A stretch of 64,000 nucleotides of DNA from positions 32,429 to 96,428 of the forward strand of contig JBEKTQ010000019.1 in NCBI GenBank assembly GCA_049515895.1, written 5' to 3'. Numbering within the stretch: the first letter of the stretch is position 1; every line of letters begins with the position of its first letter. Below are positions 10,601 to 17,107 of this stretch, in pieces. Source of the stretch: Candidatus Bathyarchaeia archaeon (GTDB lineage Archaea; Thermoproteota; Bathyarchaeia; Bathyarchaeales; Bathycorpusculaceae). Under the pieces are notes generated by a model. It was not told where the DNA came from and did not search any database. It saw nothing but the letters and a program-made list of their open reading frames with translations. The translations under genes were made by a program, and so were the position numbers.

Positions 10601-10673
10601 CTGAAGCTGACATTGAAAATGTTAAAAGTGCTGCAATCAGAATAGACATAGATTTACTTTTCAGTTTTTTCAT
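7623..10673 (-). CDS. PQQ-binding-like beta-propeller repeat surface protein A (S-layer-like candidate)
   Basis: Signal peptide, repeated (T/N)G..LW propeller motifs, C-terminal Ig-like domain, PT linker, TM helix plus RKRP; start at MKKLK after GGAG. Confidence 0.9.
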   Translation of the reverse strand: MKKLKSKSMSILIAALLTFSMSASVILMPSAYAHSPAWNIPTYAYIVASPNPIGVGQTIQVYMWLDEVYGAAGGTTAAVGTNGATASAALLSNTYRFMNYNLTIVPPSGAATTTIYPVVHDTTSNQETAFTPTATGTYTLIFTYPGQVYGANGNGYSGSVLIGDTYLPSSARTTLTVQQSPIPAPVGSSPLPTAYWESPVYGENTNWYTITSNWLGASLAPPQGYGGTTFATLYHSDAVGPTTSHIMWTSQLDFGGVVGGNSFTTGGSDPNSPEGVQYWEGSSYQPRYTNPIIVDGYLFYTAPVSFSGGASGPTICVNLMTGKQLWSSTAVPPLSFVYLYNLWDPDQHGVFPPILVATNPVNGNWQLYDAYTGVSLFNVTSIPSSTSFVIPVSTSTVIFANTVVSPNIMGPSGEPLRFVIANDGSAANPQWYLSEWNMSRLWQYDINPYTGGGSLSPAVVNASNGVLIGGAVVGSAGSGSLPPPDTGISTATAPNGLIATVPAGSAITVNANIPIHDTLNLPGTTTPIYTINQDSLTTYDWNVSIPWLNTMPPPPNGVNPVTGALVTPPAGANPVAIVAVQYGNMMLCREGSLPQGFAATNKGYPQLPFVYFAVNLNASKGAIGSVLWTKTYNPPPGNESLVQEPVDFQTGVFTFSYLETMQFVGYSLATGNQLWGPTPSQGSWDYYGYPGTVNLPGTTAYGNLYDSSFGGICYAYSLTTGNLLWTYGNGPPGSDNSTYGGLNIFYGDYPTMIQAVANGVIYLATNEHTVPNPIYKGAVTTAINATTGKLIWQLSDYPSIWSVPGSEYVVADGYATFMNGYNNQIYSVGRGPSKTTVTAPNVGVTTATPVTITGTVTDIATGTTQSQQASDFPNGVPCASDASMTAWMGYVYQQQPAPTNFIGVPVNIFVLDSNNNYRQIGTATTNANGMYALSWKPDIPGNYTVYAAFAGTNAYWPSTSATAFYASSPAATPAPAATPLTGLASNTTVMYGIIAIIIVIIIIGAVIMLMLNRKRP

Positions 10674-10702
10674 TTTTCCTTTTTTCTCCATTTTTGTGTT
10701 CT

Positions 10703-10820
10703 TAGTTAGAAGAAGTAGCTTTAATGCATCTCATTGAGAATGAGCGTCGACAAGATTGACTAAAACTGCCTTCCCCTAACTACTCTGAACTTATCCTTTT
10801 TCAGGCTAAAAAAGTTTGCT
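10703..10820 (-). promoter_or_regulatory. Promoter and structured 5' leader of gene A (type 1)
   Basis: GCAAACTTTTTTAGCC BRE/TATA-like box; ~21-bp leader stem at 10703-10782; homologous to 19823-19942. Confidence 0.65.
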
Positions 10821-10976
10821 ACAAATTGGCTAGTGCTTGCTTGCCATTCAGGGAGAAAGGTAGTTGAGTGACAGAAGCCATTTAGCGCAGTGAAAAATCC
10901 TGCACTTTTGTTCTTTGTGTTTTGGGTTGCTTTCTTGGTTTGGGGTTTGGTTTGGTTGCAGGTTGCGGTTTAAAAA

Positions 10977-11180
10977 GTCTAAATTCGTCGTAAAAAGTCT
11001 GCTAAAGTCTACTAACGTCAATAGAAGTCAATAGTCGTCTGCCAAAGTCAATAGTCGTCTAAAAAAGTCAACATTGATGAGGGGATTAACGACATTAGAC
11101 GATGGAAAATTTTCGAATTCTCCCTAAATCTCCTTAAATCTCCCAAATTCTCCCTAAATCTCCCTTTTTCTCCCGAAATC
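10977..11180. repeat. Two adjacent 10-bp-period arrays: ten GTC units (10977-11070) and six TCTCC units (11119-11175)
   Basis: GTC at exact 10-nt steps from 10977 to 11067; TCTCC at 10-nt steps from 11119 to 11169. Confidence 0.9.
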
Positions 11181-11443
11181 TATGAAAAAGTCAACCTTTA
11201 GAATAATTAGACGCCGCTTCTCCAACCATTTTCGGAATATGTTCACAGTGGGCTGCCACTTGCTACACCTCTTTGCGTGGTTGCTGAAATTCTCATTAAG
11301 TTAAGGCAATGTCGAAGCCGCAACCAGCCTCCCTTTGGAGTCAAAAAACATACTGGCTGCTTTAGGATTTTGGAGCAAGCGCGCTTGTAGTAAGTATTAT
11401 GAATTCATAAACCATTTATTTAGCGCCAGCCTCTCTTACTTCC

Positions 11444-11944
11444 ATGAACAAAATAAGGTCCATAAAGCACTTAATACCGCTGAAGCTTTTTATTCCAATT
11501 CTAGTCATCTCCATACTCGCAACCGTTTCTTTCGCTGCAAGCGTAACAATAAACACGACGACTTCTCAGGCAGTTCAAGGTGTCATCTACAACGTTGTAG
11601 GAGGCTTTACCGCAACCCCGAACCAATTCGCTGTCACCTATAATGCGGCAACTGCAACAACTCTGCCTGCAACTTGGACCCCTAATGGTGTTGTCACAAC
11701 CGCAACAACCTTCGGCAACTGGCAGTACTCGCTAACCGTTACCATCAATGCGGCAGCTTCCGCGAGCACCACGTACACAGTGACAGTAACATGGAACACA
11801 GGAACCGGATATACCACATTGGGCAGCGCCCTCACCTTCACTACGCCATCAAGTATAACACCTGGAGAGACGATGACTTTCGTGTTTAACACCGGCCAAA
11901 CCACATTCAATGCGCCAGCAGGAATGCTGATAACAATAGCTTAG
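11444..11944 (+). CDS. Secreted Thr-rich fibre/pilin-like subunit 1 (166 aa)
   Basis: Signal peptide ending VSFA, all-beta mature domain, no membrane anchor; TTTATTTA ~25 nt upstream. Confidence 0.85.
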   Translation: MNKIRSIKHLIPLKLFIPILVISILATVSFAASVTINTTTSQAVQGVIYNVVGGFTATPNQFAVTYNAATATTLPATWTPNGVVTTATTFGNWQYSLTVTINAAASASTTYTVTVTWNTGTGYTTLGSALTFTTPSSITPGETMTFVFNTGQTTFNAPAGMLITIA

Positions 11945-12046
11945 GAAGGGATCCTTTCTTTAACGGAAAGGAACCTACAAAACGTTTTTGTAATGTGTAT
12001 TCTCAATTCATAAGTTCTATATTTATTGCCGAACTCTTTCCTATTC

Positions 12047-12547
12047 ATGAACAAAATAAAATCGCTAAAGCACTTAATACCACTGAAGCTGTTTATTCCA
12101 ATCCTAGTAATCTCAGTGCTCGCTGTTGTGTCTTTCGCTGCAAGCGTAACAATAAACACGACGACTTCTCAGGCTGTTCAAGGTGTCATCTACAACGTTA
12201 ATGGCGGCTTTACTGCAGCCACAAACGGATTCGCCGTAACTTATAGTGCCGCAACTGCAACAACACTACCCGCAACTTGGGCAAACACTGGTACTGTCAC
12301 AACCGCAACAGTCGTCGGCAATTGGCAGTACTCGCTAACACTTACCCTTAACGCAGCAGCTACCGCGAGCACCACGTACACAGTAACGGTACAATGGAAT
12401 ACAGGAAGTGGGTACACCACAATGGGCACCGCACTCACTGTCACAACATTATCGAGTATAACTGCAGGACAGACAATGACCTTCGTCCTTAACACCGGTG
12501 TAAGTACATTTAGCGCTCCAGTAGGAATAATGATAACGGTGGCGTAG
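12047..12547 (+). CDS. Secreted Thr-rich fibre/pilin-like subunit 2 (166 aa)
   Basis: Paralog of 11444-11944 with identical length when started at ATG 12047; has its own TATA-like box. Confidence 0.85.
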   Translation: MNKIKSLKHLIPLKLFIPILVISVLAVVSFAASVTINTTTSQAVQGVIYNVNGGFTAATNGFAVTYSAATATTLPATWANTGTVTTATVVGNWQYSLTLTLNAAATASTTYTVTVQWNTGSGYTTMGTALTVTTLSSITAGQTMTFVLNTGVSTFSAPVGIMITVA

Positions 12548-12631
12548 GATGAAAAATATTCCGCCCGAAGGATTGAGGCGCTCTCTTTCCTTCTTTTCAT
12601 AGTTTTATGATTAAAAGAAGGTTTTCAAAAC

Positions 12632-14242
12632 GTGAAAACCCTGATTTTCGCCCTTCTTTTCATTGCAATTATTATAGCAGTCTCATTTGCAAGTCCAGTG
12701 CTCGTATCGAACGTAAAATCTCAAACGCAATATGGCACACTAACCTATATGTACTATGAGACAAGCGCCGGTCCTGGGAGCTCAACTCCCAGCACGAACA
12801 CTGCCCCCACTCCCTCGGGTAGCAGTGGCTCATATTCTTTAGCCAGAGCCTCAACAGCTTACCTTTGGTCCCCTCAATTCGGAAGCGCAACCACGATAAA
12901 TGCAGGCAACTGGGTTCTAGGAGTTTGGGCCACCTCAACAAGTTTCATTGTAAGTTACATCCCCATCACAATCACCAACAGCCAGTCATCAGCCACACCA
13001 TCTACATTTCAAGAAATGATAACCTGGAATCCCTCTAGCTACACGAGTTATGAAGCATCCAACCTGGGCAATATCCGCTTCTATAGCGACAGCGCATTTA
13101 CCGCACCTTTATACGCGTGGCTTGAATCCTGCACCCCCTCCCTTTCCAACTCGGCAACCTCCGCGACAGCATGGGTCAAACTCACAAGCTCAATCGCCGC
13201 AAGCGGGGGCACACTCACGATATACATGGCTTTCCTCTCCACAGCCACGAACTTTGACGGTAGCTACTGGGGAGACGCACCCAATCTCTCTGGAACTTAC
13301 GGCGCTTACGACAACGGGGTCAATGTCTTCAATGCGTATTTCAATGGCAATACTGCAACTTCAAGCTTCTCTGTGTATAGCGGAGATACGCTGTCGCAGG
13401 CAACAGGCGTTTCTGGTCCTGGGGGAACGACAATTAACGCGATAAAAGTAACGGGTACCACAGGTGCGCACGTCCCCGCCTTCTCATTCAATAAGGCCAT
13501 GAGCAATGGCGCTCTAATAGTGGAATCGAGCTTTAGCCTTGCTGGGGATACTGCGGATGCAACAGGCGCCGTTGGACTCGCAGACAATGCAGCAGTTACG
13601 AGTATAGGAAATGGAATTACCGCGCAGATGGGGTACGCTAGTAGTTATTTCAGCCAAGCCTATGAGGTTGGTGGCACAGCAACTCTCGACGTGAACGGCG
13701 CGGGGACATCAAATACGAACTGGGAATATGCCAGTGTGACATACACTGGTTCAGCTGCATCATCGTGGAGTGCATACATAGCCCCACAGCTTTACTCGAC
13801 AACAGGCGGATATTCTGGCACGGTCTCGAATAACCCACTGAGTTCCGCAACTAACCTATATATTGGTCAAATAAGCGGTTCACTTGCCATTAACGTGAAC
13901 TATAACTTCATGCGTGCTAGGGCCTACCCTCCTAACAACGTCATGCCCTCAATCTCTTTTGGCAGCTTATCCTTAGCGGTTAATTCAATCCAAGTATCCA
14001 TTTACGTTACAAACTCAGCGGGAACCATACAGAGCACCGTGGCAAGCAACGTTCAATCACCCACCATAGGCAGTTCGGCAACCCAGTACATGATGAGTTT
14101 CGCTGGCAGTCAAGTCGCCGTTCCTCAGAATGGATACATCACGATTATGTTCTCGGCAACCCAAATCGCTTCTTACACCATATATTGGGGACAAGGACAA
14201 CCAACTAACTTCCAGGTGCCGTATCGAGTCTTAACGACATAG
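12632..14242 (+). CDS. Secreted DUF2341-like domain protein (candidate adhesin/minor fibre subunit)
   Basis: Signal ending VSFA; YIPITITNSQ...NIRFY...PLYAWLE...AWVKL...TIYM motif series; no anchor. Confidence 0.8.
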   Translation: MKTLIFALLFIAIIIAVSFASPVLVSNVKSQTQYGTLTYMYYETSAGPGSSTPSTNTAPTPSGSSGSYSLARASTAYLWSPQFGSATTINAGNWVLGVWATSTSFIVSYIPITITNSQSSATPSTFQEMITWNPSSYTSYEASNLGNIRFYSDSAFTAPLYAWLESCTPSLSNSATSATAWVKLTSSIAASGGTLTIYMAFLSTATNFDGSYWGDAPNLSGTYGAYDNGVNVFNAYFNGNTATSSFSVYSGDTLSQATGVSGPGGTTINAIKVTGTTGAHVPAFSFNKAMSNGALIVESSFSLAGDTADATGAVGLADNAAVTSIGNGITAQMGYASSYFSQAYEVGGTATLDVNGAGTSNTNWEYASVTYTGSAASSWSAYIAPQLYSTTGGYSGTVSNNPLSSATNLYIGQISGSLAINVNYNFMRARAYPPNNVMPSISFGSLSLAVNSIQVSIYVTNSAGTIQSTVASNVQSPTIGSSATQYMMSFAGSQVAVPQNGYITIMFSATQIASYTIYWGQGQPTNFQVPYRVLTT

Positions 14243-14490
14243 AGGTGCACATGATACATGAAACTTCGCTCTACGAGAAGAACCGCGACGGTTCTCACAA
14301 TTGCAGTTGATGTGCTGCGAGTGTTCTTTCCGTTTTTTACAGATGAGAACAGGCATCCCATGCAGCGTGCGCCTGTGCAAAGATACTTTGAGTCGGTAAT
14401 AGCCGTAACGGAAAAAGTAGTAACCGTCAAGTGGGGAGGCATTTAACCAACAGATTCCAAGTTGCTTTCGCTTACACTTAGGCGCATCAA

Positions 14491-15381
14491 ATGAAGTGGA
14501 CCAAAAAGAGAGTGGAGGTATTGCTCCTAGTGGTCGTTGTCTTAATCGTGATTATCCTTCCCCTTTATGCTCGCACCAAGTCTTACCCTTTAGCTATAGT
14601 CAGCGGAAACAGTATGTACCCTACCCTGCAGAACGGGGACTTGGTCTTTTATAAGGCGACCAATGCAGCGGACCTTCGTAACGGAACCATAATCGTGTTC
14701 GTTCAGGGCGATACAAGCGAACCTTTACTAGATGGTTTAGTTCGGCCTGTTCTGATACATAGAATAGTTGGCGAAGAGATTCAAAGCGACGGGACGGTAC
14801 TTTATCAAACTAAAGGAGATAACAATCAGGCCAACGACCCATTTCTCACAAAACCCGATCAGGTCCTTGGGGTCGACGCTCTGACTGTTCCCAAAGTGGG
14901 ACTTGTGGTGCTTTTTTTGCAGTCGCCTCAAGGTTTGATAGCTACGATTGGAATTATTTCTTTAGCTTATCTCAGCGTGACAGATATGAAACGAAGAGAA
15001 GAGAAGAAGAAAGATCAGCTTCTAGGGGCCCTAGCCAAAAAGGTGCTTAGTGGCGAATTGTCGAATGAGCAATTTGAAGAGCTAGAATTGGCCGTGAAAT
15101 ATTCTGATGATATTGAAAGCTCCAATCTCGAAGATCCAAGTGTATTAGCCCTTGTAAATTGGCTGAAGAATGGCGGTCTTGATCAGAAGTGGGAAATGAA
15201 AACTGTAATCTGCACTAAGTGCTCTGGCACTGCAATAAAACTTGAAGGAGAAAAAAATAATCTGCTTACAATTTGTCCTAAATGTTACAAAGTGAAGCCA
15301 TGCAGGACAAATGTCGATTTGACTGAAAAAGAAACTAACGAACTCTCACTATTGTCGTGGAACGAAGCCCTTTCTTCTTAG
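14491..15381 (+). CDS. Signal peptidase I, S26B (Sec11/SipW type), with C-terminal CxxC-CxxC extension
   Basis: VSGNSMYPTL (catalytic Ser), GDLV, IHRIV (His), TKGDNN..ND-P boxes; flanking TM helices. Confidence 0.9.
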   Translation: MKWTKKRVEVLLLVVVVLIVIILPLYARTKSYPLAIVSGNSMYPTLQNGDLVFYKATNAADLRNGTIIVFVQGDTSEPLLDGLVRPVLIHRIVGEEIQSDGTVLYQTKGDNNQANDPFLTKPDQVLGVDALTVPKVGLVVLFLQSPQGLIATIGIISLAYLSVTDMKRREEKKKDQLLGALAKKVLSGELSNEQFEELELAVKYSDDIESSNLEDPSVLALVNWLKNGGLDQKWEMKTVICTKCSGTAIKLEGEKNNLLTICPKCYKVKPCRTNVDLTEKETNELSLLSWNEALSS

Positions 15382-15733
15382 GGAACCGTACCGCACACCT
15401 AATTGTAACTGTGTTTGTAATTGATTCTGTTTTAATAGTGGAAGGATAAGAGAGAAAGGAAGATGGAGTCGTAGTTTTAGGGAGTAGTCAGTAGGGCTTG
15501 GAGACTAAATTTTCGCCAAAAACAACGCTGGACTGGAACCCAGTTGGAAATAACGAACTGTCGGGGCTGAGGTTTGGGCTTTTAAGTGCATGTAATTTCG
15601 GGACATGCAGCGCGCTTTGCTCTTTTCTTTCTTTGTTTCGTTTCTTGGTGGGGTTTAGTAAAACTTGACGTCGCAGGACTTTGCGTAGAATAGCTATTTA
15701 TTTTCGTCAATTCCCTATTATTTGGGATAAGAA

Positions 15734-15904
15734 ACGCCAATATTCATATGTACTAAATGTGGTCGCAAGATAAAGGCTGACTATGAAGTATGCTGTACGC
15801 ATTCCTCGATTTGCAAAGGAGAAAAGCCACCTGACCACTGTGGTCAACCTATGATTGAGGCTATGGATGATTATTGTACCTGCAAAAAAAATTGTAACTC
15901 CTAA
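15734..15904 (+). CDS. Cys-rich small metal-binding protein (desulforedoxin-like pattern) with apparent ACG start, or start-lost pseudogene
   Basis: (T/M)PIFICTKCGRKIKADYEVCCTHSSICKGEKPPDHCGQPMIEAMDDYCTCKKNCNS; in-frame TAA two codons upstream. Confidence 0.55.
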   Translation, partial: TPIFICTKCGRKIKADYEVCCTHSSICKGEKPPDHCGQPMIEAMDDYCTCKKNCNS

Positions 15905-15979
15905 TGTGCAGTGCAGATTTAAGACTTATCGCGCCTTCAAAAAGTCAAAAAACAAAAAAAGCAAAAGAAAAAGTCCATT

Positions 15980-16810
15980 CTAAGCAACATGAATATGATA
16001 AAGATAGAATGTTTTGTGTCCAGTTGAGCATTCTGGAATTGCATCTTCATCTTTTAATGTTTTCAGCCAATCATTAATCGTTGAGAAACCAGACTTCGCA
16101 AGATAAAATCCCAAGTTATCACGCTTTAAATTTATCGGAGACCTTACGTTAAAGGTTGCAGTAGTAAATTCTGTTCGTGAGTTGTCGAGGTATGTTTTGC
16201 AGATATCAACAAACTCTTTGAATTCAATTAAGAGATTTGCATCATAACCCTTGATCCTGTAGTAAGAGTATTGTGGATTTTCAAAATCTGTAAGTATGAA
16301 AACATCGCCATTTTTCTTAAGATAATTGAGGGCATTAGGGTCAATATCGATTTCTAAAATGTTAGCGTCACTATTTCCGCTCATATTCTTTTCAGCAAAT
16401 TGTGAAACAGGAGTGGGCACGCTATGAATCGGCATAGACGTCTCAGGCGGAGCTTCCGTTAGAGCTGCAGATTGAGTTGTAGCTGCCTCAGAAGTTTGAG
16501 CAAAAGCAGGCGGCAGGGTTTTCAGTGGAGCAGATTTGTTTCTGTAAATATGGGCGAAAGAACTTCTGATTTCAGGAAGAGCATGCGCGCTTAATTCTAG
16601 GAATATGCTTAGAAACAGACAGGCACCGAAGATAATCCAATATTCTAATGTCTCCACAGTAAAGACCGGCAAACTTTTCCCTATAGAATCTGACAAGAGA
16701 ACAAACATGCTCACCATTGCTAAGACAAGGAAAAGTCTGCTGAACCCTATCAGCAAACCCTCTACAGTCTTTGTCCCAAGCTTCTTTACTGCTTTCGTTT
16801 TTGCTGTCAT
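15980..16810 (-). CDS. Hypothetical membrane protein (two N-terminal TM helices, linker, globular C-terminal domain)
   Basis: 276-aa ORF with a TATA-like TTAAAT box upstream. Confidence 0.75.
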   Translation of the reverse strand: MTAKTKAVKKLGTKTVEGLLIGFSRLFLVLAMVSMFVLLSDSIGKSLPVFTVETLEYWIIFGACLFLSIFLELSAHALPEIRSSFAHIYRNKSAPLKTLPPAFAQTSEAATTQSAALTEAPPETSMPIHSVPTPVSQFAEKNMSGNSDANILEIDIDPNALNYLKKNGDVFILTDFENPQYSYYRIKGYDANLLIEFKEFVDICKTYLDNSRTEFTTATFNVRSPINLKRDNLGFYLAKSGFSTINDWLKTLKDEDAIPECSTGHKTFYLYHIHVA

Positions 16811-17107
16811 GTGTCTTACCCTTAGATTCTATCCTATACAAATTTAAGACTTATCTTCCGGAAGACTGCTAAACTATTCGCCTTTGGTTGGACTGATTTT
16901 TTGTGATAATATGTTTTAGTAAATCTACAATGTTCTGAAAAAACTGAGACAGGGCGTACAAAAAATTGACTTTTACTAAAACCTTGATACATTCAAAAAG
17001 CTTTCAAATTTCTGACAGCCTTACTTACATGCCTAGCGTGCCATCTACATTATTTAAAGGACTAAAAAAAGAAAAGGGAAAGTGGTTTTTGTTTTTGCTT
17101 CTTTGGT

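Noticed and set aside
999-11180. 10-bp arrays as CRISPR
   Set aside because: The units are 10 bp with no unique 25-45 bp spacers, and there are no cas genes
14258-14446. 62-aa ORF inside the fibre cluster
   Set aside because: It has a GAGGTG upstream but no recognisable motif or clean signal peptide; may be a remnant
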